The notes: generated by a model not told the origin, from the sequence alone. Positions 28,341 to 38,387 are shown, numbered from the stretch's first letter. The stretch: 60,524 bases of DNA from a virus (IMGVR_UViG_3300032156_000008:1-60524), one strand, 5' to 3'. A program made the numbers and translations.

Positions 28341-28924
28341 CTCTTCACTCCCTCCTCGATCAGTCGGAGGAACTCCGCCCTCGTCTTCGGATCGTCCTTG
28401 AAGAGGCCGCGCATGGCGCTGGTCACCGTCTTGGACCCCGGCTTGTTCACGCCGCGCATGGTCATGCACGTGTGCTCGGCGGCGAGGATGACCCCGACGC
28501 CCCTCGGCTTGACGTGCTCCATGAACGCGTCCGCGATATCGCTCGTCATTCTCTCCTGAAGCTGGAGTCTCCTCGCGTAGCACTCGATCAGTCGGGGGAT
28601 CTTGCTGATACCGAGTATCTTGCCGTCCGGGATGTAGCCGACGTGAGCCGTCCCGATTATCGGCAGCATGTGGTGCTCGCACATCGAGAAGAACGGGACG
28701 TGCCCGACGACGACCATCTCGTCGCTCCCAGACTTGAATGCCCTCCCGAGGATAGTGGACGGGCTCTGCTCGTAGCCGCGATACAGTTCGCGCATGGACC
28801 TCGCCACTCGGTCGGGCGTGTTCCGCCTCGCCTCCTCGTCGATGCCGTCGATCGAGATGGTCATGAGGAGCTCGACGATCAGCTCCCTGACCCTCGCATC
28901 TCTCTCAGACGCCACGGCGGTCAC
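28337..28924 (-). CDS. folE: GTP cyclohydrolase I
   Basis: TPDRVAR, CEHH, GISKIPR, RLQLQE, HTCM..RG. Confidence 0.97.
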   Translation of the reverse strand: MTAVASERDARVRELIVELLMTISIDGIDEEARRNTPDRVARSMRELYRGYEQSPSTILGRAFKSGSDEMVVVGHVPFFSMCEHHMLPIIGTAHVGYIPDGKILGISKIPRLIECYARRLQLQERMTSDIADAFMEHVKPRGVGVILAAEHTCMTMRGVNKPGSKTVTSAMRGLFKDDPKTRAEFLRLIEEGVKR

Positions 28925-29576
28925 CCCATATCAGTCTGTGCAGCTGGGGCAGGAACCTGACGCCCCGCCCCCACTCGGGGTCGGACGCGACGTGCTCGGC
29001 GAGGTTCGCCAGCCCGTATGGGTAGAGGGACTTGGCGCAGTCGTAACCCGGCTGGATGGTCATCGGCACGTCGGGGAACTGCTTGTGCAGCGCCTTCGCC
29101 AGCCTGTAGTCTGCCCCGTCGAACACGACGTATTTCAGCTGGACGTCGGCCAGCATCTGCGTGTCGTTCACGGCCGCGACCGCCGCCGCGAGGTCGGCCT
29201 CGAAGGCTATCTTCGGGCAGATGGTCACGAGGACTACGTCGCGGAGCCAGTAGGGGACGACCGTGCCCTGTGTCTCCACGTGGACCTCGCGCCCCCTGAG
29301 CTTCAGCTCGTGGACGAGCTCCCCGCAGTCGTGGATGCACGGGTTGCCGCCCGTCAGGACGACGATCTTGGCGTGGGCCAGCGCCTCGACCGCGGACACG
29401 ATCTCCGCGGCGGTCATCCTGTGACCCCCGCCCCTCGCGTACTTGGTGTCGCACCATACGCAGTCTGAGTCGCACCCAACGGTGCGGACGAAGACCGCGC
29501 GCCGCCCGACGTGGATGCCCTCGCCCTGAAGGGTCGGGCCGAAGATCTCCGAGATCGGTATCGTCGAGTCCATCAC
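28905..29576 (-). CDS. queE: 7-carboxy-7-deazaguanine synthase (radical SAM)
   Basis: EIFGPTLQGEG, FVR..GCDSDCVWCDT, TGGNP, VETQG, PQLH. Confidence 0.95.
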   Translation of the reverse strand: MMDSTIPISEIFGPTLQGEGIHVGRRAVFVRTVGCDSDCVWCDTKYARGGGHRMTAAEIVSAVEALAHAKIVVLTGGNPCIHDCGELVHELKLRGREVHVETQGTVVPYWLRDVVLVTICPKIAFEADLAAAVAAVNDTQMLADVQLKYVVFDGADYRLAKALHKQFPDVPMTIQPGYDCAKSLYPYGLANLAEHVASDPEWGRGVRFLPQLHRLIWGDRRGV

Positions 29577-29929
29577 GACCACGCCTCCGCGAAGGAGTCC
29601 GCCGTCTCGTACAGCCTGATGCTCACCAGCTGAAGCCCGAGGGGGAGGGCGGAGATAATCTCGTCGGCGAACACCTCGACGAGGTTCTCCGCCGTCGGCC
29701 TCGTGTTCGGGAACATGTCGTTCAGGACCTTGTGGTCGACTCTGTCGAGGACGGCCCTCTGGACCATGACGTCGAAGTCGCCGAAGTCGAGCACCATCCC
29801 GTTCGGCTTGGCCTGCCCGCGGATGCGGACCTCCATCCTGTAGGTGTGCCCGTGCATCCCGGCGCACTTGCCCGGGTGGTCGGGGAGGAAGTGGGCCGCG
29901 TCGAAAGTAAACACCTTGCCGATGATCAC
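29573..29929 (-). CDS. queD: 6-carboxy-5,6,7,8-tetrahydropterin synthase
   Basis: FDAAH, CAGMHGHTY, GMVLDF, DH..LN, PTAENL, YET. Confidence 0.95.
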   Translation of the reverse strand: MIIGKVFTFDAAHFLPDHPGKCAGMHGHTYRMEVRIRGQAKPNGMVLDFGDFDVMVQRAVLDRVDHKVLNDMFPNTRPTAENLVEVFADEIISALPLGLQLVSIRLYETADSFAEAWS

Positions 29930-30114
29930 GCGCCCCGCCCCCTCGTCTCGAACGCCTCGACGGCCTCGGGCCGCACCCGCCACTGCCTCTTGATCTTGAA
30001 GCCCTCGAGCCTCTTCTCACGGAGGAGGGCGTGGACCGTGTGGACGCTGACGCCCAGCTCGGTCGCCACCTCCGCCGACGTGAGCGCCTTCTCGCGCTCC
30101 TTCTTCTCGTTCAT
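29926..30114 (-). CDS. Excisionase/MerR-like HTH DNA-binding protein
   Basis: LTSAEVATELGVS..TV...L.GFKI..QWRV. Confidence 0.85.
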   Translation of the reverse strand: MNEKKEREKALTSAEVATELGVSVHTVHALLREKRLEGFKIKRQWRVRPEAVEAFETRGRGA

Positions 30115-30142
30115 GGTAGTTCTCCTATCCTCGCCGCGCCGC

Positions 30143-31708
30143 TCATACCCAGTCCACCGCTCTCGGTGTGCTCGGATAGCACAGCTCCAGTCGATCCCGC
30201 GACCTCGTCATGCCGACGTAGAAGAGACGGATTATCCTGTCTCGATGGTCGTAGGACGCGTATTCCGCGTAGCCCGCGGGTGATAAGTCGGGGAACAGGA
30301 CGACCGTGTCGGCCTCTCCACCCTTCACCGAGTGAATCGTCCCGACTATGACCCATGGCTCCACGTCTACTCCGTGCGCCTTGGCGACTCTGATCGCGTA
30401 GGGCCAGTCGCCCGTGGCCCCCGTCATCCTCATCCTCTCGAAGAGGGCGATATCCTGCGAGATCGCGAGATCCTCGGCGTCGCTCGACATATGCTCGCCG
30501 ACAACCCCGACGGGGAGCGGGCGATGCCCCGCGTCTCGGCAGGCGTCGAGGAGCGCCCTCTTGCCGCCCTGATAGAACGCCCTCTTCTCGGAGAGCACGG
30601 ACGCCCACCTGAGCGCCTCGTTCCCCGTCCACTCGCGATCTCCGACGGTCAGGCATCGCATCGTCTGAAGCGGGCCATCGAGGGGATTCCACTGGGCGGA
30701 GGCCCTCCGATATGGGTTGTGGAACGGGATCGTCGCGGCCCTGAGGGCGTTCGCCACGTCTGCCAGCATGTATGAGCACGACGCGAGGAACATGGTCCGC
30801 CTCTCGGGGTCGAGTGCCGACTCGGGTATCTCGCCCGTCCTCGCGTGGAACAGGCTGTAGGTCGAGTATTCGAGCTCGCCGTCGGCGTCTCTCGGCTGAT
30901 ACTCCTTCTCCTTGCGATAGGAGAGAGCGCCGATCCACTTCGACGCGACGCCGTGGACGGCCCTCGGGACTCGGAACGACTGGGAGAGGACCATCTCATG
31001 CTCCTCGGGGAGTGGTGGCTCGAGGAATCGCCGCGGGACCGCGCCGCTCCACTCGTAGAGGTTCTGATCGTCGTCACCAACGAGATATCGGCGGCGGACG
31101 CTCCACGACCTGACGACCGCGAGCTGGAGGGGCGTGTGATCCTGCGCCTCGTCGACGAACAGAATCTGCTGGGGAGGTAGCACGTCTGTGCCGTTGCACG
31201 CCTCCAGCCACCCGGTGAAGTCGAGGAGCCCCTCGCGCGCGCACCACTCCTCCCACACGGCGTACCAAACGGATACGCTCGCGCCCCACTCGCTCCGGGG
31301 CATCATCAGCTGCCTCAGAATCTGCGCCTGTTCGTAGAGGGTGATCCCACCGCCCGACAGGAGGGTCTCGTCCGAGGTGTCCTCGACGGGCTGATTGCGG
31401 ACTAGTCCGCGGGGCATGCACTCCTCCGTGGCATACGATGGGTGCTCCTTGGCGAAGGCGCGGGCCTCGGACTCGGCGGGCTTCCCCGCCATGAGTGTTC
31501 TCTTGCACCTCGCGTGCAGGGTGGTGATGTTCTCGCTCGGTATCGGTAGGTCGCGCCCCATGATCTCTCGGATGGCCGCCCTCGTCAGCGAGACTATCGA
31601 GACCTGATCGGCCCCGAACTCGTCCGCGAGCTCCTCGGCCCTTCGCCCGATCCATGTCGTCTTGCCCGTCCCGGGCGGGCCGTATACCCTCCTCTCCTCA
31701 GCCTGCAT
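30143..31708 (-). CDS. Superfamily 1 (UvrD-like) helicase
   Basis: GPPGTGKT, DEAQD, GDDDQ, QSFR, TIHSVKGGE, YVGMTR. Confidence 0.92.
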   Translation of the reverse strand: MQAEERRVYGPPGTGKTTWIGRRAEELADEFGADQVSIVSLTRAAIREIMGRDLPIPSENITTLHARCKRTLMAGKPAESEARAFAKEHPSYATEECMPRGLVRNQPVEDTSDETLLSGGGITLYEQAQILRQLMMPRSEWGASVSVWYAVWEEWCAREGLLDFTGWLEACNGTDVLPPQQILFVDEAQDHTPLQLAVVRSWSVRRRYLVGDDDQNLYEWSGAVPRRFLEPPLPEEHEMVLSQSFRVPRAVHGVASKWIGALSYRKEKEYQPRDADGELEYSTYSLFHARTGEIPESALDPERRTMFLASCSYMLADVANALRAATIPFHNPYRRASAQWNPLDGPLQTMRCLTVGDREWTGNEALRWASVLSEKRAFYQGGKRALLDACRDAGHRPLPVGVVGEHMSSDAEDLAISQDIALFERMRMTGATGDWPYAIRVAKAHGVDVEPWVIVGTIHSVKGGEADTVVLFPDLSPAGYAEYASYDHRDRIIRLFYVGMTRSRDRLELCYPSTPRAVDWV

Positions 31709-33086
31709 CGCCCACTCCCCACATCTCTCTCGTAGTCCCGTCCCTCGCGCTAAACTTCTTCGGCTCGATGCCCATCGCCCTCAGGCTCTGCGCGAGGTGC
31801 GAGGTCTTCTGAACCCTCGCGCCCCACCTCGCGTTGCTCCTCTGCGTTATGTCGGCGAGGGAGATCCAGACTCGGCCTCCGACCCTGAACGGGCCACTGA
31901 TCGGGACCACCTCGCCCCCCCGGACCTCGGGGATGGCCGACTGGTGGGCCACGAGGGAGTGCACGATGGCGAGTAGCTCCCCGTGCCACGTCGAGTCGCG
32001 CCCGGCGTCCTCGTCGGTTGATGCCCTGAGGATGGCCTGAGCCAGCTCCTCGTGCGACGGCTTCGTCTTGGACGACCTCTTGGGCACGACCACCTTCGTC
32101 GCCTCGGCCACCGCCGTCTGGAACATGACGGGCGATAGGAGGTCGGCCGTGGTCACGGTGCATCTCCCCTTCTCGAAGTCCATGATTATCTTCGGCTCGT
32201 CCCCGGTCACCCGACGAATGCTCGTCACGGGGGCCGCGAGGGCGCTCGATATCCACTCCAGCCCCTTCTCCTTGCTGTCTTTCCTCTGGACCGACGCGAT
32301 CACCGCCTCGATCTCCGAGTCGGGCAGGGGAGGCTTGTTGTTCTGGTTCCACGCCTCCAGCAGGCGCTCGACCTCCAGCGGGACTAGTCCCATGGCGAGG
32401 TAGCGGCCCGCCAGCCGTGTGGCCGACGAGTTGCGAGCCCCCTCTGAAACCCCGAGGAGAAGCTCCTCGAACCAGTCGGGGCTGATGACGTGGACCCTGA
32501 CCCTCTTGGTCTCGGCCTCGGGCGGGGCCGCGCCGTTCGCGAGGGTGGCCACGTCGAACTCGGCGAGGCCGATGTCGTCGAGCCTCCTGTCCTCCACCCA
32601 CTCATACCTTGCTCCAGACTTGTGGACGGATGGGGGGGCGATGACGAACCCTCCCTCTGCGCGGATGTCCACCTTGGGCAGGATGCCGGCCTGAGTCTTG
32701 ACCACGCCGGCGTCGGGGTATGCGTAGTAGAGGTGGATGCCCCCGCCGCCCGTCTTCACGGATGGCGTGGGGGGCAGCGACTCCAGAGGGCATCCGGCCT
32801 TTCTCAGGGACTCGAGCCCCTCCTCCCCGTCTATATCTATGACGAAGACCCCCGATATCGGGCCGGTCGCGACTCCTATGTTGCTCTTCGGGTTCCGGGT
32901 CAGCTCCCTCTTGATGGCGGCGGGTGTCATTCGAGCGCTCTGGCTCTTCCTCCACTCGCCACGAGGGTGCTTACCCGCCGACCGACAGGATGGGTTCCCG
33001 CAGGAACACTTGCCGTTGGCGCCGACGGAGTGCGCGAGGACCACGGATAGCCCAAGCGCCTCGTATCTCAGCGCCTCCTTGAGCAT
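31698..33086 (-). CDS. Bifunctional primase-polymerase with PriCT domain
   Basis: GKHP, NIGVATG, IDID, TGGGG.H.YY, D.RAEGG...APPS.H; EGARN...PPL...E. Confidence 0.9.
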   Translation of the reverse strand: MLKEALRYEALGLSVVLAHSVGANGKCSCGNPSCRSAGKHPRGEWRKSQSARMTPAAIKRELTRNPKSNIGVATGPISGVFVIDIDGEEGLESLRKAGCPLESLPPTPSVKTGGGGIHLYYAYPDAGVVKTQAGILPKVDIRAEGGFVIAPPSVHKSGARYEWVEDRRLDDIGLAEFDVATLANGAAPPEAETKRVRVHVISPDWFEELLLGVSEGARNSSATRLAGRYLAMGLVPLEVERLLEAWNQNNKPPLPDSEIEAVIASVQRKDSKEKGLEWISSALAAPVTSIRRVTGDEPKIIMDFEKGRCTVTTADLLSPVMFQTAVAEATKVVVPKRSSKTKPSHEELAQAILRASTDEDAGRDSTWHGELLAIVHSLVAHQSAIPEVRGGEVVPISGPFRVGGRVWISLADITQRSNARWGARVQKTSHLAQSLRAMGIEPKKFSARDGTTREMWGVGDAG

Positions 33087-33096
33087 TCAGGAGGCC

Positions 33097-33564
33097 TCAG
33101 AACGGCATCTGCCCCTTGCCCTTGACTCCTGCGGCGGGCTTGGACCCGCTCTTCGTGACCACCGGCCCCGCCGTGGCCTTCTTGGCGGCTGGCAGGATGG
33201 TGTTGACGCGGTTGACCTCCATGTCCTCGTCGGTGTTGCGGTTCTTGATCACCTTGGTGCCGACGACGAGGACCGCTGGCTTGCCGATGAGCTTGTCGGT
33301 CTCGACGTCGATCTCCCCCGAGATGCCGAAGGCCTCGAGGTGCTGCTTCAGCCCGAAGAGGGCGTGGGCCTGAAGGGATGTGTAGGATCTTAGCTCCGTC
33401 CCCTGATAATCTCCAGACGTGATCTCCCACGTCCACTGGAGCATGGGGTTGCCGGTCGAGGACTCTTCCTCGGTGATGTCCGTTACCTTCGCTTCGTAGC
33501 GACCGGCCGGTATGACGGCGCGGGCCGTCCCGACCTCGTCGAGGTTTACGTTCAGTCTAACCAT
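33097..33564 (-). CDS. Single-stranded DNA-binding protein (DUF669-like)
   Basis: IPAGRY...SSTGNPML; follows AAA_24; PF C-terminus. Confidence 0.75.
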   Translation of the reverse strand: MVRLNVNLDEVGTARAVIPAGRYEAKVTDITEEESSTGNPMLQWTWEITSGDYQGTELRSYTSLQAHALFGLKQHLEAFGISGEIDVETDKLIGKPAVLVVGTKVIKNRNTDEDMEVNRVNTILPAAKKATAGPVVTKSGSKPAAGVKGKGQMPF

Positions 33565-33566
33565 AG

Positions 33567-34925
33567 TTATTCTCCGATAATGTCTCTGGCCGCGAGAATC
33601 CCTGACGTCGCCGCGGCCACGAGCGAGTCGAGGTATCCTGATGCGTTCCCGATCACGTAGAGGCCCGGCACGTCGACGCTCTGCCACCCCGGGGTCAGCG
33701 CCACTCTCGGCGAGTAGTACTTGACCTCGGGGGCGTAGACGACCGAGAACTCCCCGATCACCCCGGGGACGAGCCTATCGAGGGTCAGGATGTAGTCCCT
33801 GTAGTCCCTCGCCAGCCCGTCGATCCCGTCGAGGCACCGCCCGATGTCCACTCGGGGGCGTGCCTGATTGTTAGTGATAAACTCGTTGTGCATGATCGAC
33901 GTGCCCATCGTCTTGCGCCCGCAGAGGAAGTCCTCCACGCGCTGCACGACGGTGTGCCCGCCCGCCTCCCCATTGACCGCTCTGGCCAGACCCACGACCA
34001 TGCCCTGTGGGTCCTCCGTCATCGCCGTCGTCACCTTCGCCATGATAGCAAAGTTGGACGACTCCGTCTTCATCGTCGGGTTGAGGAACGAGTGCCCATT
34101 CACGTTCCGCACGCCGAGGCTCGCGTGGTTCTCGTTGAGCACGAAGCCGCGGTTGTTGCAGCAGAAGGAGCGCAGGCGACCCCTCTCCATCTTCCAGTCG
34201 TAGAAGGCGTCGAAGAGGGGCGCGAGCGCGTCGGCCGGCGCCTCGAGGCGGAGGGCGATGCCGGCCGGCCCCGGCTTGAACGAGCAGCCGAGGCGCACCA
34301 GCTCGTCGTGGAGCCACGGAGCGCCGTCGAGGCCTGTCGCCGCGACCACCACGTCTCCGAATAGCACACCCCCGTCGCTCAGGGCGACCGACGGGGCGTG
34401 GCCGTCTCTTATCACGATCGAGGCCGCCTCCGTGGCGTCGATAAACTCCACGCCGAGCTCGAAGAGGTCTCGCCTCATGTTGTCGGCCCATCGGCGGATG
34501 CCGTCGGACCCGAGGTGGCGGAGCGGGTAGCTCGAGAAGACGAACCCCAGTCGGCTGAACTCGGGATACATCATCGACTGCTTGCCATCGAAGACGACCC
34601 CGCCGCCCCCGGCGTAGGCCGCCACGGAGGCGTCGACCTCTCGCATGATGGACACGTCCTCGGGCCTGAAAAGGTCCTCGCCCTGTGTCCCCCGCCCGAC
34701 GCTGATGGTGTTCTTCCCGTCGGAGAGCCCCCCGGCGCCCCCCGTTCCGCACAGGATGGCGCACGGCTTGCAGTCGCACTCCTCCGTGGCCGGGCACTCG
34801 CGGCTCCTCATGCCGTAGCCCTTCTCGACGATCACGACGCCGATATCGGCGTCTGCCCTCTTGAGCTCCCACGCGCAGTACATCCCCGCCGGGCCGGCCC
34901 CGACGATAGCGACGTTAGTCCTCAT
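33567..34925 (-). CDS. FAD-dependent oxidoreductase (COG2509-like)
   Basis: IVGAGPAG, GGAG..SDGK, H.GSD, RSFC, NGHS, PEVKYY, GLYVIG. Confidence 0.85.
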   Translation of the reverse strand: MRTNVAIVGAGPAGMYCAWELKRADADIGVVIVEKGYGMRSRECPATEECDCKPCAILCGTGGAGGLSDGKNTISVGRGTQGEDLFRPEDVSIMREVDASVAAYAGGGGVVFDGKQSMMYPEFSRLGFVFSSYPLRHLGSDGIRRWADNMRRDLFELGVEFIDATEAASIVIRDGHAPSVALSDGGVLFGDVVVAATGLDGAPWLHDELVRLGCSFKPGPAGIALRLEAPADALAPLFDAFYDWKMERGRLRSFCCNNRGFVLNENHASLGVRNVNGHSFLNPTMKTESSNFAIMAKVTTAMTEDPQGMVVGLARAVNGEAGGHTVVQRVEDFLCGRKTMGTSIMHNEFITNNQARPRVDIGRCLDGIDGLARDYRDYILTLDRLVPGVIGEFSVVYAPEVKYYSPRVALTPGWQSVDVPGLYVIGNASGYLDSLVAAATSGILAARDIIGE

Positions 34926-35727
34926 GGCAGAATCCCCCGACGATGTCGCAGATGGTGGGATTCCAGAGGAAGAGGCCGAGCCTGCCCGACCTGTCCTTGC
35001 CCATGTGGCGGACGTCGATGTCGTTGATGTAGTCGTCGAGCAGCAGGTGGCGATGGACCTCGACGACCTCCTCGCCGTCTCTCTCGACCGTTACGCTCTG
35101 CCTCGACAGGCGGGCCAGCACGTCGACGAAGGCGCCGCACTCGTTGCCGAGGGTGCCGGAGAGCTGCGGGCAGATAACCTTCCTCTTCTCGTCGTATTTC
35201 TCGAGGGCCACCATGACGACGTGCACCCTGCGGGGCTCGTCCTCGAGGTAGGCGAGGTCGCGGAACGCTCGGATGAGCTTCCGCATCTGGTCGCCCGTCT
35301 TCATCCAGTCCTGCCTCGTTGGGACGATGGTCGCCCCGAGGTCGTTGTAGTGGTCGGCGTCCTTGGAGATCTCCCCGAGGATGGTGCCCATGCTGAACTT
35401 CCTCTGAATCTCGGTCAGGCTGTCGATGACGACGCACTTGTAGTAGGTATTCTCATGCAGGAGGAAGTCGTAGACCTGCTGGATCTCACCCCACGACCGT
35501 GGGCGAACGACGTCGATCTCCCTGCCGGCGAGGGTCGCCATGCCCGAGTCCACGTCGATGAACAGGACGGGGCTCGTCGCCTCACACTCCTGCGCGGTGC
35601 CCGCGAGCCACGTCTTGCCCGCGCCGCTATCGCCGTATAGAATGATGTTCAGGAATCTGCTCGCCTGCGGCCTCTCGACGCGAATGGGCATCTCGGGCCT
35701 CTGCGCTGAATCTTTCTTCTTCACCAT
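34915..35727 (-). CDS. AAA_24/Sak4-like ATPase
   Basis: YGDSGAGKT, VVIDSLT, KDRSG. Confidence 0.85.
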   Translation of the reverse strand: MVKKKDSAQRPEMPIRVERPQASRFLNIILYGDSGAGKTWLAGTAQECEATSPVLFIDVDSGMATLAGREIDVVRPRSWGEIQQVYDFLLHENTYYKCVVIDSLTEIQRKFSMGTILGEISKDADHYNDLGATIVPTRQDWMKTGDQMRKLIRAFRDLAYLEDEPRRVHVVMVALEKYDEKRKVICPQLSGTLGNECGAFVDVLARLSRQSVTVERDGEEVVEVHRHLLLDDYINDIDVRHMGKDRSGRLGLFLWNPTICDIVGGFCHED

Positions 35728-35731
35728 AATC

Positions 35732-36622
35732 TCACTCTGATACCACTTTCCTCTGCTCACGGCTGGTGAACATCTCGTCGAGTATAAACTGGTAGTCCCC
35801 ACCCCTCGACCACTCGACGCAGACCTCCTTGAACTCGCAGGACCCGCATCGTATCGGGTTGGGCGACTGGAATATCTTGACGTCGTCGCTCGACAGCTCG
35901 TGGCACGTCCAGTATGCCCTGAAGAGCATCACGGCGATCTGCCAGTCATTGCGGTATATCTTCTCTCTAACGAAGAGAGGGTCCTTGACCCTCGGCCCGG
36001 GCGCCTTCTTGCGGAGCCCGTTGTAGAGGACACCGATGATGGGCTCGTCGAGCCCGAGGGACTCCACGAGGTCGCGTCCCAGCCAGACCTGAGTCGTGAA
36101 CTGGTGGTCGAGGTCGAAGTAGGAGGGGTTGTATCGAGCGAACGTCTTGTGCTCGAGAGAGAATAGCTTCCCCGTCGAGGAGTCGCGAACGATGCCATCG
36201 AGCCTCGCGGTGATGGTATAGTCGGAGTCGTCCTCCGTCTCGGGTATCGGGATCTTCTTCGTCAGGGTGTGCTCCGTCGCGAGCACCTCGATGGACTTGT
36301 CGCGGGAGCCCCACTGCTCGACGTAGCCCTCCAGCATGACAACCCCGAGGCCCTCGACCTCCGCCATGGCGTTCAGGTCGTCGATCCACTCGGGCCTGAG
36401 CTCCTTCCGTCTGTCCTTGCACCACTGGGTGAATGCCTCGACGGGGTCGGCCCCGTCCGCGTAGTGGGCCTCGAGGGCGGCGTGCACGCCCGTTCCGAGA
36501 TCCAGACTAATGGTCACCCTCGCGGCGCGATAGCCCAGCCTATAGCCGAGGTACCACGCGAGTCTGCACGTCGACGCCTCCAGCTGGCTCGGGCTCACAC
36601 CTACAAAGTCTGAGTTCCTCAT
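35732..36622 (-). CDS. PD-(D/E)XK (Cas4/RecB-like) exonuclease
   Basis: C...GTGVH, E, RLD, EHKT, C-terminal CxxCxxxxxC. Confidence 0.85.
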   Translation of the reverse strand: MRNSDFVGVSPSQLEASTCRLAWYLGYRLGYRAARVTISLDLGTGVHAALEAHYADGADPVEAFTQWCKDRRKELRPEWIDDLNAMAEVEGLGVVMLEGYVEQWGSRDKSIEVLATEHTLTKKIPIPETEDDSDYTITARLDGIVRDSSTGKLFSLEHKTFARYNPSYFDLDHQFTTQVWLGRDLVESLGLDEPIIGVLYNGLRKKAPGPRVKDPLFVREKIYRNDWQIAVMLFRAYWTCHELSSDDVKIFQSPNPIRCGSCEFKEVCVEWSRGGDYQFILDEMFTSREQRKVVSE

Positions 36623-36803
36623 GCCATCCCACCGTTGGGCTGCCCGTCCCAATCTACCCCGCAGGCGACAGGTCCCAGAGAGCGTGGCTGGGTCCAGAAT
36701 AGACTGGCATTGAGGAGGACCCCGCCGCGCGGGTGGGGGGCCGGTCTGTTGGCCGTCCCCACCACAGGTGTGGGTGAGCCCCGTCCGCCCATATACCCTG
36801 TCA

Positions 36804-38387
36804 TTATATCTCCTCTACGGGGCTCGAGACCCCGCCCCTCTGAATAATCTCCGTGATCGTGACGGGCCTCTTCTCCGCGACGATGTCCCGGACGTGGTCC
36901 TCGATCGTGCCGACGGAGTGTAGATAGGTGATCTGAGTCCTGTCGCTCAGCTGCCCGGGCCGCAGGATGCGCCGCATGGCGTGCTCGTTCCCGGCCGGGT
37001 GCCACGCGAGGTCGAGGAAGATAGCCCTGTCGGCGTTCTCGAGGTTGAGCCCCTCGCCGCCCGTGCCGTGGGTCACGACGAGAACCTGCGCCGCGCCCAC
37101 CCTGAACGCGTGGAGCGCCTCCTCGCGGCGGGCGTCCGACAAGTCCCCGGTCAGGGCCAGCGCCGAGACGCCCTCCGCCATCAGCCCGTATACCGCCCGC
37201 CCGGCGAGCTCGGCGAACGACGTGAAGACGACCACCTGCCCCGGGCGCTCCCCGACGAGTCCGGGCAGGGCGTCGAGCTTCGACGGGCCGTCGTAGGAGG
37301 CGAACAGGAGCCCGGGGTCGAGAGCGAGCTGCCGCAGCCTCGTCACCTGAGCGAGCACGTCGAGGACCTCCACGGACTCGTCCCCGCAGCAGCACAGCCC
37401 CGTCTTGCCCATATCGGTGTATAGCCTCTCCTGCTCGCCCTCGAGCCTGTGCTCGATGATGCGCGACTCAGACGGGTTGAGGCCGAGGAGCCCGTGCCGC
37501 CTCAAGACGTATGGCTTGAGGATGCGGTCGAGGCTCTCGGCCTCTCCGTCGGCTATGCCCCCGATCTTGAGCCCGAAGCCATCGTCGGCGACCTCGCAGA
37601 AGCGGAACACGAACCCCCAGAAGGAGCCAAATCGCCTCGGGTCGCACATGGCGAGGAGGGGCCAGATGTCGGGGACGTTGTTCACCGTCGGGCTGGCCGT
37701 TAGAAGGAATAGAAGCTCGGCCCGTCGGGCGATGCGCCGGATCGACTCGGACACCCCCGTCTTGCGATTGCGGGCCTTGTGGGCCTCGTCGATGATGACA
37801 AGGTCGGCGCTCAGTCGGGCCTCCTCCAGCTCCGCCCGGGCGTAGTTGGTCACGAGGAACCCGCCCGACTCCGACCAGTCGGCTATGACGGCGTCTCGCG
37901 AGGACTTGTCCTGAGGCATGTAGAGCTGCGGGTAGTCTGGCGCCCACTCGCCGATGTGCTCACCCCAGCTCGGCACGACGGAGCCCGGACAGATCACCAG
38001 CACCCTCTCGGGCGCGGCCTCCGTCGCGGCGACTATCGCCTCCACCGTCTTGCCGAGGCCCTGCTCGTCCGCGAGGATGCCCCGGCCGACCTCGAGCAGC
38101 CAGCGGACCCCGACCCGCTGGTAGGGGAACAGGCGCTCGTCGCCGTCGCAGTCGGCCATATCGGCGATCGCCAGAAGAGGCTCCTGCTCGGCCCGGACCC
38201 GCTCGAGCTCGTCGAGCAGCTCCTCGGAGATCTCCAGCCCGGGGTCGGCCTCCATCAGGCGTCTGGCGATGTCCCCGCAGACGGGGAAGGAGTGCCTCCC
38301 GTCCTCGCCCCGATATGAGTGGAGCTCGCGCGGGACTAGTCCGCCCCGCAGGGTCATCCTGTAGCGCTTGGCGTCAAGTAGTAGCAT
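36804..38387 (-). CDS. SNF2-family helicase
   Basis: LADEQGLGKT, DEAH, TASP, SKL, GEGLNL, R..RPGQ. Confidence 0.92.
   Translation of the reverse strand: MLLLDAKRYRMTLRGGLVPRELHSYRGEDGRHSFPVCGDIARRLMEADPGLEISEELLDELERVRAEQEPLLAIADMADCDGDERLFPYQRVGVRWLLEVGRGILADEQGLGKTVEAIVAATEAAPERVLVICPGSVVPSWGEHIGEWAPDYPQLYMPQDKSSRDAVIADWSESGGFLVTNYARAELEEARLSADLVIIDEAHKARNRKTGVSESIRRIARRAELLFLLTASPTVNNVPDIWPLLAMCDPRRFGSFWGFVFRFCEVADDGFGLKIGGIADGEAESLDRILKPYVLRRHGLLGLNPSESRIIEHRLEGEQERLYTDMGKTGLCCCGDESVEVLDVLAQVTRLRQLALDPGLLFASYDGPSKLDALPGLVGERPGQVVVFTSFAELAGRAVYGLMAEGVSALALTGDLSDARREEALHAFRVGAAQVLVVTHGTGGEGLNLENADRAIFLDLAWHPAGNEHAMRRILRPGQLSDRTQITYLHSVGTIEDHVRDIVAEKRPVTITEIIQRGGVSSPVEEI

Noticed and set aside
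29926-30114. Integration module
   Set aside because: Excisionase-like HTH only; no integrase or att site recognised. The TopIB domain is not an integrase.
35732-36622. Cas4 as part of a CRISPR system
   Set aside because: Context (AAA_24, SSB) fits a phage recombination exonuclease.
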